A DNA stretch of 64,000 nt from Octopus sinensis (GCF_006345805.1 NC_043004.1:47740001-47804000); one strand, 5' to 3'; shown: positions 39,127 through 54,269, counted from the first letter of the stretch. Notes: a model not told the origin generated them from the letters alone. Made by a program: numbers and translations.

Positions 39127-40149
39127 CAGCCGGAATTTGTTTTAACAACAAACAAGATGAGGACAAATGTCCGTCACATGTAAATAATGTATACAAAATA
39201 TACTTGAATATCTTCCCCTAAGTCAACATGCAACACACATTTTCTTGATCCTCAAGCATTTATAGTTAGGAATGTATATTCTCCTTCCTCTCCAGAATAA
39301 AGACTACTTGAAAATTCGAAATGATGCTTTTACACCTGGGAAGTGAACGTAAACTGAAAAATTTCCAAGTTACTTGTCGTTACTGACAGTTCGTTCCACT
39401 GTATACTCTTTGTATATTACAATAGTATCAATAAGAAAAAGCTATTTTCAGCTGTTATTTGAAAGTTTCGTTCAAATTTTACTCTAACGTTACGTCTAAT
39501 ACTTGTGTATTTTCATATTTGTGTGCATGCTTCTTTTTATTAGATAACTACATACGATGCTACTTTTAATTAAAAAAAAAACATGTCATGTTGAATTTTC
39601 GCAAAAGAATATTCAATAAATAAAAAAGAGCTCTCTTGAAAATTCTTCTTAAAAAGCACAATAATTAATTTTCAAATTAAAAATTTTAAGATGTTGTCAT
39701 GAAAAATTTGTATTTAATTTTTTATCTAAAAGTATATTATGAAAATTTGAATTTCGCAGAAATGCAATTCTAATTTTCCAAATTAATAAAAACTGAAACA
39801 AGATAAGAGATAAAATTTCGGTCTTAGAAATAAAAACTTGTATTTCTATCTAAAATTTTAAAAAAATTATTATAATAAAAATTTGTACTGTCCAAGAATA
39901 GAAGTAAAATTATAAATCGAAAATTTAAAAGGGTCACAATGAAAATTTGTATCTCTGCGAAACGAGATAATTTTCTAAGCGAAAAATAACGAAGGTTACG
40001 AGTAAACGTTTGTGCTTAAAGAGAAAAGAAATTCATAAATATTGTGTAACGTGTGTGTGTGTGTGTGTATGTGTGTGTGTTTGTGTGTGTCCCCGTACGC
40101 GTGTGTGTGTGTGTGGTGTGTGTGTGTGTGTGTGCATATGTGTAGCACA

Positions 40150-40660
40150 AGTCCAACACAAAAAGGAACGAGATTCCAGGGAGAATAATATCATCATGAG
40201 ACCACAGGAGAAGGCTGCAAATCACTTCAACCAACCTCCCATAAATAGTGAAAGGTCCCACCTAAAAACAACACTAATGAAGATTGAAAAAAGCTTGCAA
40301 AAATCCTATATGAAGGAGAGGGCGAACAAAGAAGCCTGGGTTATAAAAGACATAAGGTCAAACCCAAAGGCCTTTCATTATGATGAAGAAACGGCCTGAG
40401 TAGGGTGCACAATAGGACAAAAAGAAAACAACAAGGCGAGGACGTAGTATATGTGAAGTATTAGCAGACACTCAAGGAAGAAAAGAAAGATGGCGTAACA
40501 CTTCATACATTGGTACGTGTATTTCTGCATCTGAGAGGTCGGGTTTTAAGCACGTTTCATTAAGTGCTCTGCATAAGGCTTGATAGCATGTCACAAGGTC
40601 TCTCAGGAAGGGAATTTCGGGTCTGTTACTGAGTTGTAATAGTCCTCTAATGTTCATAAA
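40150..40660. mobile_element. Two oppositely oriented APE-type LINE fragments
   Basis: Plus: ...KDIRSNPKAFHY (APE-RT linker). Minus: FFMNIRGLL...LNETCLKPDLSDAEIHVPMYEVLR (APE N-terminus). Confidence 0.65.
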
Positions 40661-40677
40661 GAATATATTTATACACA

Positions 40678-40721
<44 letters not shown>

Positions 40722-40724
40722 ACA

Positions 40725-41258
<534 letters not shown>

Positions 41259-41348
41259 ATATATGTTAGTTAGTTAGTTAGTTAATTTGGCTCAAAAGCA
41301 AATAGCAACGCCATGTAGGGGGACATGGAGTTAAGTACAGGGTGGTGT

Positions 41349-44130
41349 TCATGTAAAGAGTTCAGGCCACTTGAGGTCCAGGGAGGCTTTGAACAAAGCG
41401 GTCGTCGGCATCTTCACCATCTCGTCTGGCAGCTTGTTCCACGGATCCGCAACCCGGACGGAGAAAGCTCCTCTCCTTCGATTGAGATGAAATCGTTGCA
41501 GGTAGAGCTTTTCGGAATGACCCCGCAGCCGACGCTCTGGAGCAGGAGTGAAGAACAGCTCTTTCGAGAGGTTACACTTTCCGCTTATGATGTTGTGGGC
41601 GAGAATGAGATCACCACGGCGGCGGCGTTTTTCAAGAGAATAAAGGTCGAGCGTCCTCAGGACAAATTTTTGAGACCATGAACCATGCGGGTAGCCAGCT
41701 TCTGGACTCTTTCGAGATGCTGTATGTCTTTGAGGAGATAAGGAGAAGAGGCTTGAATCCCATACTCCAATATGGGTCTCACCAGCGTGACATAGAGTGG
41801 TAGGAATATGGCTGCTGTGAGCATTCCTAATGACCGTCGAATCAAAAACAGAATTCCGCGTGCTTTGTTGGCAGCATGGACGCACTGGGCCGAAGGCGAA
41901 AAGGAGGAATCCACCAAGATACCCAGGTCCTTTACCTGATCGGTCCTCTCCAGCAGCAGACGACCCGGCTCGAAATCAAGTTGAGTTGCAGGAGGAGAGC
42001 CAACAGGCAGATGACAGCACTTTAACACGTTCAGACACAGGTCCCAATCGTTAGACCACTTCCAAATTTGGTGGAGGCATCGACGAAGATCCTCTATATC
42101 ACCGCGAGGAGCGACCAGTTTGATATCGTCGGCAAATAGAAGGGTGTGTTGCGTGAGGTCGTCGGGCAAGTCATTTATGAAGACTAAGAACAACAAGGGC
42201 CCAAGCACTGAACCTTGAGGCACGCCACTGCTCGCACTGGAGACGTCGGACCGCGAACCATTAACTTGGACTTGGAAGGAGCGATCTGAGAGGAAGGCAC
42301 CAACCCATCGTACAATATCCGGATGGAAACTATATGCTTGAAGCTCGACAAGTAATAGGCGGTGGTTTACCGAGTCAAAAGCTTTGGCAAAGTCCAATAA
42401 AACGATGTCAACAGCATCACTATCATCGAGGATGCGCGTCACCAATTCTTCCATTACTAGTAAGTTGGTCAAGCATGATCTCTTCGGCACGAAGCCGTGT
42501 TGGGAATCAGAGATAGAGGCTGTGTTTAGGAGGTGGAGCATCATACTTTTCTTAAGGATGGTTTCGAACATCTTGCTGATTATTGATGTAAGGGAAACCG
42601 GTCGGTAGTAAAGCGGGTCTTCGCGGCTCCCTTTCTTGAAAATTGGGCAGATTGTCGCTGTTCTCCAGTCTGCAGGTATAACACCCGTCGCCAATGACAT
42701 ATTGCATAGACGTGTTAAGGGCTCGCAGATGTCCGGAGCCAACGCTTTGATAACTCGTGGGTGTATGCCGTCAGGGCCGTGACCCTTGTTGACATCGAGG
42801 CCTTGAATAACACGTTTGACTTCGTCCCGCGTGATGACCAATCGAAGCATTGGAGGTACCGATCTATCAAATGGAGGGGGTTCACGACCATCATCTTGTT
42901 TGAAAATAGTTGAAAAAGCCTCGGCAAATAATTGGCTCTGTTGATAAGGGTCCTCAATCGATACGCCTGTTGAGTCTACCAACGTTGCAATCTGGTTGTT
43001 CAAGCGGGAATTCCGCTGGACATGGGCAAAGAAGGTTTTTGGATTGCTACTGGCATTTGCCGCGATTTTGTATTCATAACTGAAGCGTTCTTTCTTTTCA
43101 ATTTTCACGGCTCGGTCTCGTTGAGTTTTGTACACATCAAAAGCTGCAGTCGAATCCAGATTTTTGAATTCAGCCCAAGCAATATCTCTGAGTCGACGTT
43201 CTCGTTTAACCTTCTTCGTCACCCAGGGCTTGTGTTTCTTCTTCTTGGGAAGCCCAACGGGAACTGCCTGGTCAGTCAACCAGATTACATATGCCTTGAG
43301 GGATGACCATAGTTCGTCAACTGAGGACAACGTCATCAGGGATCGCCAGTCCAGAAGCGCGGAAGCCTCGGTTAGAATTTCAAGATTAATTGCAGAGAAG
43401 ACTCTATGTAGCAGCGAAGTAGTTGTGGCCGTAGAAAAAGTTGTGTGCATGACGAACTTCAGGACCGCATGATCACTCTTGGCAAGAGGGGCGCACACAG
43501 ATACGTCTGACACTGATCTTGGATAGCGGGAGAATACCAGATCTAGCATAGATGGCTGCTGCCCAGACCGATGCCTTGTCGGATATTCAACATGTTGCAA
43601 TAGAAAACAATCTTCAGCCACATCAAGAAGGGCCTGGCCGAACCGGGAAGATGTTGTACAAATTGATGCGGGCCAATCGATCGTGGGAGCGTTGAAGTCT
43701 CCTAGTACCAAACAGTCATGCGAAGCTGAAACGAATCTTATCGCTTCGAGTAAATGAGCATCGTCCTGGGGGTCGGCAAGAGGCGGCCTGTAGACAGCTA
43801 ACACGGGCAGGCAAAACTCGGATAGGCTCAGCTTGCAATAGACGGCATCGAATTTTGTTGTAGGTTGAGCATTAGTGGGTAGAATACCCCTGGACGGTTT
43901 GTGCTCAGACTTAACATACACAGCAACACCTCCACCTCGCCTTTTTCCTCTGTCACATCTGAAAAGGACGTAGCCCTGCAGGTGGATTTCTGAGTCCTTT
44001 ACTGCTGGAGTCGGCCAAGTCTCGGTGATAGCTATCACATCAGGGGAGTCACATATGGCCAGTGTAAATAGTTCACTGAACTTTGGGAATAAGGAGCACG
44101 AGTTGGTATAGACGATGCTGAGCTGTGAAG
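41349..44130 (-). pseudogene. LINE ORF2 (APE endonuclease + reverse transcriptase), one frameshift near 41657
   Basis: YTNSCSL, AITETW, LGDFN, SDH (APE); YRPVSLTS, QHGF, GVPQGSVLGP, FADD (RT); LERVQKLATR / LYSLEKRRRRGDLI (CR1 C-terminus). Confidence 0.95.
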
Positions 44131-44220
44131 TCTGAGGGGCGGGAGTTGGGGAACAAGCAGAATAAGGGGTATCAGAGATAGCATCGTTGACGAAGGTATC
44201 AACTTCACTTCGATTTGCCC

Positions 44221-44439
44221 TCACTTCACTTTCCCTGTCAGCACTACAGCATGGGACCAGAGGTAGGACTTGATTATCTGTCCATCTTGGATGCGTAAAC
44301 CCTTCTCTCCCATTTGTTTCCTCATCTTTAGTTCGGATATTAGGTTTCTCCGGCGAATTCTCTCTCTTAGTGAGTATTCCTCGCGAAAACCCATATTGGG
44401 GTCCTCCTAGGCATGCGTCTGAGCTCTGTTCAGAAAGAC
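44221..44439 (-). pseudogene. LINE ORF1 C-terminal remnant
   Basis: Alternative frame reads FREEYSLRERIRRRNLISELKMRKQMGEKGLRIQDGQII...K*, resembling ORF1 C-terminal domains; one internal stop. Confidence 0.6.
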
Positions 44440-44465
44440 TGTATATATATATATATATATATATA

Positions 44466-44907
44466 TAATAGGGAGTAAATCCAAACATACAGGGAAAAAT
44501 TAGATTTAGGATTAAATCTAATTTCACAGTATAAATATAAATTAAATTAGAGATAAAACCACTATAAGGCAAATCAAACAATAAAAAACATAAACCAAAA
44601 CATAAAAATAAAAATAATTAATATAATATACAAAATATGTAAAATATAAAATTTTAATAATTTAAATTTTTAATTTAAAATTAAAATTATTAATTTATAT
44701 TTATAAATTTTTATATATTCATATATATATAATATAAAAATTTATAAATATAAATTAATAATTTTAATTCTAAATTTAAATAATTTAAATTATCTAAATT
44801 TTATATTTTATATATTTTGTATATTATATTAATTGTTTTTATTTTTATGTGTTGGTTTATGTTTTTCATTGTTTGATTTGCCTAATAGTGGTTTTATCTC
44901 TAATTTA

Positions 44908-44912
<5 letters not shown>
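44466..44912. mobile_element. Family F fold-back, long AT-rich palindrome without HHR
   Basis: agggagtaaatccaaacatacagggaaaaattagatttagg tail, then arms ~44533-44720 and ~44730-44912. Confidence 0.85.
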
Positions 44913-44955
<43 letters not shown>

Positions 44956-47239
44956 TGTAGTCCGGCGGGCACAAATCGAATATCTATACCGGACAGATTC
45001 GGAAATTTATATAAATCATTTTGTCATAAACTAATTCGGTTCGAAATTTCGTTCGCATAATTTTAGCAGCTGATTGACAGCTGATTTCACTACAGGTCAA
45101 TGATCGGTAAAACAGCAATAGGTCAATTGTAGCTGTGAAAAAATCCATTAGTCTTGAGAGCCTATGGATCCATGCCTGAAAAATCTTGAGTAGATCGTTT
45201 TGGCAGACTAGAATCTACTGTGAGTGTAGAGAATAACATGTGACTGACAGTCTTGACTATAGTGACAGAACCTGAAGGCGGTGTCTGCCAATAATTCCTA
45301 GTATTGACTAGTTGTCACTTTCTGGGATAGGGCAATGTCACTAAAATTCATACAGTTATTTCATTGTTGATTCCTATTTCAAACTGAAATATTAAGTCAT
45401 CTTCATAATTAGGAAAGATATTCAAGACGAAAGTAATTTAATATTGTACTGTACTATACTTTCATTACATAACGGAGATAACAGACTTGGGTGGGTCATA
45501 TAGTTGGTGACAGCGACTTAAAGTACTTGGCTCGTACGCTAGATATCCAAAAATCAAAACTGAGGCATTTTGCTCGTTATGATATTACTATTATTCTACA
45601 TCACTGTTGATTAAATATTATATTGTTGCTCAAGACAAAGAGAAATCGACTGGTTTATTTTCTTTTGTTCTCTCATGCTTTTAATATCCTGTACATTTAT
45701 TTTATTCATTGTCTCTGAAAGATTATGATGTAAAATCTGTAGCCTATAGATTGTAGAGAGTTCGTTCTCACGCAAAGTAATGTATGAATACTCCGCCCCT
45801 CATGTAATCCGTGTCTTTTTAAATTGTGGTGACGGGTCAAATTATTCTACATTCCAAACAAAATCGGTGGTTTTAGCCAATCTATGCTGACAAAACATTA
45901 CAGTCCTATCAGGTTGAAAGTATTGTTTTTCCTTCTTATCACTGATATTAAATGATATCGCGGCTAGTGAGCACTTACGTGGGTAGTTATTTTGAAAACG
46001 AGGATGCTGTATATAGGTTTTATTCAAGAAAGGCGCGTGGCAGAGTTATTCATAATCCTGGTGTCAGTTCCTGGACAATATGGCGTGCTGTGTTCTTGAA
46101 CAAAGAGTTTCTTTAACTTTGAACCATTTTACGTAGTTTTAATGATTACCACCCAGGCTGCTTGTCCACCATTCGATTTTTCCTGTTGCCATATCCTGAG
46201 TATTTCTCTGGATCAAAAATGAGGAGACTGAAATGGTTTCTTTGACCGTTCGCAATAAGAGAGACACCTGAAACAATAAACTAAAGCGTTGTACGAGTTA
46301 CTAATGAGTTGTACAAGTTAGTAATCTTACGCTAGTAACAACTGACGATACTGTCTTTAATGGTTGGGAGATAAGATGTAGCATCTCTGATGATAAGCAT
46401 TAACCTTGGTTGAACTATATTTCCACAGACAAAACTTAGTGTAAGTCTTATGATGAGTAAAGCCAAAACTTTCAGCTGACAATCAGACACTATTCATATA
46501 AGGTAACCAGATTTCTAGACATATATAAAAATAGTCATATAGAAATACATATGATAATATACAAACATAAATACACTCTTCAAGAGGGGGAAAAAAAACT
46601 AAAACTATAATCTGAGAAGAAGACTTTTCATTGCCCGCCACTACTATGGACAGAAAAGACGAATTATGTATATATTTAATAATATCGGATGATTTTTATA
46701 GATTTAATGAGTCAGCCAGTAATTATATGAATTTATGTTCCAAATAATAAATGGTGGTAGCTTTAGAAAATTAGATTTTTGATGTCACTGGAAAAAAAAA
46801 ATTTAACATGATGTCTTTCCTTCATATTTTTCAATTATTTTATGACTATGTGCATATATACATAACTATATACATATATATATACATACATACATACATA
46901 CATACATACATACATACATACATACATACATACATACATACATACGTACGTACATACATACATACATATATACATACATACATATATACATACATATATA
47001 CATACATACATATATACATACATACATACATACATACATACATACATACATACATACATACATACATACATACATGTATACATATGTGTGTGTATACACA
47101 CACATATTTATTTGTATGTGCGTAATGTAGTTTCTGTGTGTATGCGAGTATTTGAGTTTTGTATGTATCAGTGCATACAAGCACGAACCCGCTATCTTAA
47201 AGATAATATTTCTCGGCACAGACGTTGGAATTCACCTAA

Positions 47240-47420
47240 TATATATAAATCACAGTACATGTATGTAAAAACTAACGCATACATTTCCACAATTCTCAAC
47301 CGATTTTCACCAAACTTTAGACACATATTACTTATGTCTCAAGGATGGTTATGCAATAAACATTTTGCCCAGCGCTCCCGCGCAAATGGACCTAAGTGGA
47401 CAGTTTTCCACACAGTTTCT
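47240..47420 (+). mobile_element. Possible non-autonomous Helitron-like fragment
   Basis: atatataaa...gtatgt...ctcaaccgattttcaccaaactt pattern recalled from such elements; no terminal hairpin confirmed. Confidence 0.3.
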
Positions 47421-48249
47421 TCCATACTTTTTTAATATTCGTATAAAAGTGGAAGGATTTTGTCTATTTATTGATTTCGACTGTCCGTTAAATTGACTAG
47501 GAACACTCTACACAGTTAATATCCAATATCAAAGAATTTAAATCTCCATATTCAAACTGCATTAATACTTGGGAATGAAGTTAATCTAGGGGAGACTATG
47601 TATAAAGAGTTACTGGATTGTTAACCTAAACAAGTGTTAGAGAAGTAAAAAATAGATACAAAAACACACGCATATAAAAAGATATTATATATATATATAT
47701 ATATATTCGTGTGTATGCGAAACATATGTATGCATGCAGATACACACGTTCATATAAAAAAATACATGTTAGTGGCAAAATATAGTAAATAATAGATGTG
47801 CACATACAGATGACATACAAGATCCATATCTAAATATGCACATATGGTTGTAGACATGTATGCCACCAAGAAGTCCTATATATGTTTGCGTATATCAGCA
47901 GTAAAATATATTTAATTATCAGGTAAAGTGACAAGTGACATAAACCAGTAACAGTTAGAATGGGTATGTTGAGGGGGTTTAAATGAACACATGAAAATAA
48001 AATAAAATACAAAAATTATAGATTTATTATATAAGGAAAGATATACTTTAAAAAAAATGACAAATTGAGAGAAAAGGAAGTGTAGGGAGAGATAGATCAA
48101 GTGTTTGTCCTATATACGGTGGGTCATGCAATTGTTAGAAAGAAATGTTAAATAAAAGAATATCAAGATAGTGTAAGATATAGTGATGCGAAGAGGGTGT
48201 GATGAGTAATCGTATTCCATAGAAAAAGATAATATATAGAAATATCTTT

Positions 48250-48840
48250 AAAAAGATACCAAAAACCAATCTAAGCAAGCGGGGAGTCAAGAATTATTTA
48301 AGATTGATAAATAGGAATTTGGTCATGTGTTTACATGAGAAAAAATTTTTCATCCCTAGTATTAACCAAATTTCCATTCATTCTCATTATGCTATAGCTT
48401 TCTTCAAAACAAAACCTACAAATTTTATCATTATAACTGTAAGAAGGTGAAGAAGATAGGATTTTCCAAGAAATTGAGTAATCAATATTGTTTCTTTTGA
48501 GGTGCTAAATTGTTTTTAGATAGACCTGTGTTATTGTCTTTACTAGGGTCCCTAAAAGAAAATATATGATTATAAATTCTCGATTTAAGAGAATTTTTCG
48601 TGCAACCCACGTATATGTATTGAGAAGAGTCCTCAGTAATAATAGTTACTTGGTATACAACATCTTTCATTTTGCAATTTCTATGTACTTCACAGGCATT
48701 TGGTTGTCTACAATTACAATTTCAATTATTGGGTGGTGCTATTGTGTTATGTCTATGTTTATTTGGTATAATGGAGTTCTGGTTGTTATCATTATAGTAG
48801 TAGTTAATTATAGGATTATTGGAGTTTCTAGGTACATTTA
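48250..48840 (-). mobile_element. PLE GIY-YIG endonuclease fragment
   Basis: DVVYQVTI...YIYVGCTKNSLKSRIYNHIFSF...NTGLSK, preceded by CNC...CL. Confidence 0.8.
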
Positions 48841-49207
48841 ACGTAGTCTTTTTTATCATAGCATAGATCCAGTTTCTTAATTAGAGAAGACTGTGTTACA
48901 TTTGGTAAATGTAATTTTCTATAGTCTTTAATTGACTCATTCCGTAACAGTTGAACTCGATATTTTGGAATCTGCATAGACGTTCGTTGTGTGGATTGCA
49001 CACGTAGTTCAAATGATTCTTGTTACACAATGGGTTTCTCTGAGTGTATTTAAGAATAACATTAAGGGTACGCTTGTCTGGAATGCCCAGCCCCTTACAC
49101 GTTAATTCAAGAGTAAATAATGCGTTTTATCAAGTAACTAATGCGGATTCATTCGACTAAAAATTCCTCATTCTAAAGACAGAACGGAGTGAAATATAAA
49201 AGATGTA

Positions 49208-49265
<58 letters not shown>

Positions 49266-50287
49266 ATATTATATATATATATATATAATATATATATATA
49301 TTTATATTTATATATCAGAGACTACTCCAGGTCATCAGCATCACTCGAACTCATCACAGATTTCGCATATTACATGCCTGCTCGAAAAACTTCACCATTT
49401 TCTGCTTTATTTCTAGCCCCAAATGGCTTTTTTTATATATCTAGCACTATGTCTTTTTCCATTTCTAAGTTAAGGCTTAAAATAGAACAGCCCTGCAAAA
49501 CACAACTGATCCTTACACACAGACGCACAGAATAAAAAGAATGAAATAACGACAGCGGAATGCACAAGAAACATCAGTGATCTGACTGTCGCCTGTACTC
49601 TTGACAAGGGATGTGAGTTTTACACGTAACAAGCTCGTTTGCTTCAGCCGGAGTTGCTGAATAATTTTTCGTTCCTTTAAAAATATTGTAGAACGGAAAC
49701 TTTTCATAGATTGGAATTTAAATCCTAATTTCTATAAAAAATAATTGGAATTTCAATTACTTTAATTTTTACGATTATAAACAGCTCGGGCTGTAACTTC
49801 TGAGCCTGATCAGGCGCGTGTGGACGATGTCGAGAGAACGTCTGCTTCAAATGATATTCTCTGACACGTCACCTCTAATACGACTGCCAAACGCTAAACG
49901 AAATAAATGAACTGCGACCAGGTTCCATAAAAGGAGCCCGAGTTATTAGTTGAAATTACATACTTGAAGTCAGTGTTGGCAATAATTATATCAGATTGAT
50001 GATACACGTTCACTTCACAAAATTTATACTCGGCATATATGTATATATACATATTATATATATATATTGGGGCGTGTGTGTATGTATGTATGTATATTTT
50101 TCCACTCTGTATGAATAACAAGGAAAAAAATAAATAGTTACCAGACTAGCAAGAAGTCGCATAAGTGCCAATGATATTACGCCTTACTTATAAAAGTAGT
50201 AAATCCAGGGTTAAGTGAACTGTTTTCTACAACATTGATAAATTAAGAAATGGAGTCAAACGCAGTTTTTATTCAAATCATTTATAA

Positions 50288-50374
50288 TTCCAACATATGT
50301 TTCGAAAAGAGCATTGAGATTATTCAGGAGGGAATAAAACTGATGTAAAACAATGCAATCATCTCGTCAGTGAA
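50288..50374 (-). ncRNA. Minimal HHR motif
   Basis: ttca-CTGACGA-ga..gcattg...caatgc..tc-GAAAC-ATAT-GTT-ggaa; palindromic ACATATGT; one stem I mismatch. Confidence 0.6.
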
Positions 50375-50442
50375 AAGGGAACAAAACTCACCAATAAGCC
50401 ACTTTAACTAATGTTATACATATATGTACGTATATGTATGTG

Positions 50443-50514
<72 letters not shown>

Positions 50515-50517
<3 letters not shown>

Positions 50518-50965
50518 TACAGTGTACATTTAAACACATTAAGAGGTTTCCATCACAGGAATTCTTTACGCTGCAAAGAACAGCTAAAGTCCACACAACT
50601 AATTAGGGATAAATTCTCGACGGGAATGAAAAATAAAAACATTTACCATCTCTTTCCTGGACTATGGTTTCTGGATAATTTTAGTAAATAAAATAATTTA
50701 CCAGGCGAAGTCTTCATCAACAAGGACGCCAAAGATTAAATATATAAACAACGAAGCCTATCCAGCATGTGCCTCATTGCTTATACTTTTGTAATTTTTC
50801 TTCAAATCCACCGCGCAAGCGGAGTCCTTTTTGTCGGCAACAAAAAGATGCCGGCAAATTCTTCGAACGAATCTACCAGAATGGTTTGGATTTTAGCTGT
50901 TTTCTCTAGCTTAAAGGATTCCTATGGTGGAAACCTCTTAATGTGTTTAAATGTACACTGTATTT
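50515..50965. repeat. Fold-back/MITE-like element with ~80-bp inverted arms
   Basis: aaatacagtgtacatttaaacacattaagaggtttcca (50515-) is inverted at 50887-50965; TA tract on the left. Confidence 0.8.
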
Positions 50966-51063
50966 TATATGAATAATATATAGTCTATTGACTAATTTTA
51001 CAATACACTACGACACTGGTAGTAAAAATTTCTAAATCTTTATTACCCTGATATTATTAATTA

Positions 51064-51146
<83 letters not shown>

Positions 51147-51342
51147 GTATCTATGTATCTATGTATGTATACATACATATATATATACATTCATACATAC
51201 ATACATATATATACATATATACATATATAGATAGATAGATACATACATACATACATACATACATACATACATACATACATACATACACACACAGTGGTTT
51301 TACTCGGAGATATTTGCGAAGGGTTGTATTACTCTTGAATTA

Positions 51343-51511
51343 CACAGGAGTGACTGTGTGGTAAGTAGCTTGCTAACCAGCCACATGGTTCCGAGTTCAG
51401 TCCCACTGCGTGGCATCTTGGGCAAGTGTATTCTGCTATAGCCCCGGGCCGACCAATGCCTTGTGAGTGGATTTGGTTGACGGAAACTGAAAGAAGCCTG
51501 TCGTATATATG

Positions 51512-51576
<65 letters not shown>

Positions 51577-51785
51577 TGTGTGTGTGTATGTGTGTTTGTG
51601 TCTCTGTGTTTGTCCCCCTAGCATTGCTTGACAACCGATGCTGGTGTGTTTAAGTCCCCGTCACTTGGCGGTTCGGCAAAAGAGACCGATAGAATAAGTA
51701 CTGGGCTTACAAAGAATAAGTCCCGGGGTCGATTTGCTCGAATAAAGGCGGTGCTCCAGCATGGCCGCAGTCAAATGACTGAAAC
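51343..51785 (+). mobile_element. SINE family A
   Basis: High identity to 32551-32960; B box GAGTTCAGTCCC; joined directly to a PLE fragment. Confidence 0.9.
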
Positions 51786-52085
51786 TGGCCTGATGTCATA
51801 TAGGCCGCATATTTTTTGTATCTTTTCGGAGAGGCCTTTCATAATTGGAGTGGAGAGTATGCTTTTGGGGTAGTTGTTGCTTAACAGATTGTTGTTGAGC
51901 TTGATCATTTCTTCGTAGTGGGTATCACGATCGCTACTTATATTCTTTGCTCGATGTTTTAGGCACTGAGCAATCCCTCTCTTTACACTATATGGATGGT
52001 GGGAGTTGAAGTTGAGGTATCGTCCATTGAAAGTCGGCTTGCGGTATACGGATGTCCTGAATCCATACTTGGTGTCTGTTAATAA
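51786..52085 (-). mobile_element. PLE RT thumb fragment
   Basis: FRTSVYRKPTFNGRYLNFNSHHPYSVKRGIAQCLKHRAKNISS. Confidence 0.85.
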
Positions 52086-52486
52086 TATTCCAGGAATGCC
52101 AGTTGATTGTCTTATTCTTTTTCCATTGTGAACTGCGTGGATAGCTTTATTGAGTTCACATGATCTAACAGAACTTGGACATCTTCCTGGTGGGGCCAGG
52201 TGTATTCCATGTATATATTGGCTATTATTGGTGAAAATAGCGAACCCAAGCAAGATTAGGACAAATATCCTTCAAATGTAAAAATTGTGGATAATGAATA
52301 CATATATATATATAATCCAAAATTTCCAGCTTACCAAACTTCGATACGGGAAAATTTTATATTCTTCTAGATAAATAAATCAATATTGTTCCTGAAAGTT
52401 GTTTTCCAACACCTTCTAGGGACTGTTTCCTACACCTTAATCCTTGGATCTTAGCGCTACATATTATATTTGTGCATATGTATATA

Positions 52487-52527
<41 letters not shown>

Positions 52528-52791
52528 TGTGTGTGTGTATGTATGTATTTATGTATGTATGTGTATGCATGAATACATGTGTGTATGTATGTGCGTGTAT
52601 GTATGTATGTATGTATGTATGTATGTATGTATGTATGTATGCTAAATTCCACTAGTTTGCCCAATTTCTGTTGGTCCGTTACATATTTGCACTGAGATTA
52701 GTGGTTAAGTTGGTTTATTTTTACCTCCACTCTCTAGCAAGCTGGCGCCCTGTGTACCCTCTAATATAAATAAGAATTTAATTTTATATAA

Positions 52792-52877
<86 letters not shown>

Positions 52878-54112
52878 ATGTGTGGCTGTGTGTGTGTGTG
52901 TGTATAATTATATATATATATAAATCTTTGTATTTGCATTCATGTATTGTATTCGAACGTTTAAACTAATAATCCATTCATTGTTAATTTACCTATTGAT
53001 AGTGTTTACCATGTTGAAATCATATCGTGATAGAGAAGATTAACGTCCATTAGCTATCGCTTGGTCACTGAATATAGAAAGACTACCTGCATTTATAGTC
53101 ATATGATCAACGCATAGAATAATTCTTCCTCGTTTTTGCCTAAACGTAAATTGAATTAATATGCGTCTTCGTTAGAGATAGCTGTAGACTGCATGTAACA
53201 ATTGTATTATATTATACTATTACCTTTTAAATGTATTAATATAATTAGGTTTTGGTCAATAACGTTTTTCATTTCATTCTTAGCTTTTGATTGAATAGTA
53301 AGATTTAATAAATATTGAGTAACAACCGTAAGAGGACTGACGAAACACGCACACTCACACATACACACACGCGCATACACTCACACACATACACTCACAA
53401 TCACACACACTCATGCAGTGACACACATACATGCACATACTGAAATACGTAGAAATACGCAGATATACTCATGCATATAAACATACAAATACATATGTGC
53501 GAGTTTGTGGGTGTGTATATATTAAACTATATATTATATATTATACTATAATATATTATATTATATTACATTATATTATGCTATATATTATATCATATTA
53601 TTGATAGATACATACATACATATATGTACATATCGTGTGTAACAACCGCTTAAATTATATCAATCGTATTTTCTAATACACATTGTTGTGTTCATAAAAT
53701 GTGTATTATTTGTTTAATGACATTAGGCATTTCAGCTTAGTCTGGTTCGTGTTAATTCAAACTGCGACAGATATAATTTCACTTTGAAGGCGCAAGATGG
53801 CGAATACTTATCTGTTAATGAATAGCTAACTGACAACGAAACTCGTCACGGCAATCACAATTATGTTCTGTGTGCGAAGAGAATAAACAAAATTATTCAG
53901 ATCACTTTACGAATCTAAGCGATATATTCGAAACTTTATCTTTGTAATCTTTTGCCTTTTGTTTGCTTCAGTCTTTCGACGGCGACCGTGGTGGAGAATT
54001 GCCTTGAAGAAGAGTTTAGTCGAACAAATTTCCCAAGTACATATTTTTTTAAAGATATCCAGACCTATCTATCTATCTATCTATCTATCTATATATATAT
54101 ATATATTATATA

Positions 54113-54160
<48 letters not shown>

Positions 54161-54191
54161 ATCAAAATAAAAACATGATGCCAAGGATTCA

Positions 54192-54269
54192 GCGGTACAT
54201 ATGTTTCGGGCCTTTATTAGAGAGATTTATAACAATGCATAATGTATGTCTGTGGCCTTCTTCAGCCGC
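54192..54269 (-). ncRNA. Minimal type I HHR, canonical core
   Basis: gcgg-CTGAAGA-aggcc...ggccc-GAAAC-ATAT-GTA-ccgc; lies in a ~245-bp insert (54159-54405) between two TA tracts. Confidence 0.8.

Larger units (their letters stand above)
41265..44441 (-). mobile_element. CR1-clade LINE, 5'-truncated, near intact
   Basis: APE and RT domains, (TAAC)n 3' tail at 41265-41285, 3' UTR stem-loop at 41311-41328, TA context at both ends. Confidence 0.95.

Noticed and set aside
44130-44581. N-terminal ~150 aa of the 974-aa ORF
   Set aside because: The start lies in a fold-back and reads through (TA)n and the ORF1 region in another frame; APE homology starts near 44120.
49320-49370. CTGATGA next to a TA tract on the minus strand
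   Set aside because: No downstream GAAA half before the TA tract.
53793-53802. YY1-like CAAGATGGCG promoter motif
   Set aside because: Single motif with no ORF or other promoter evidence.
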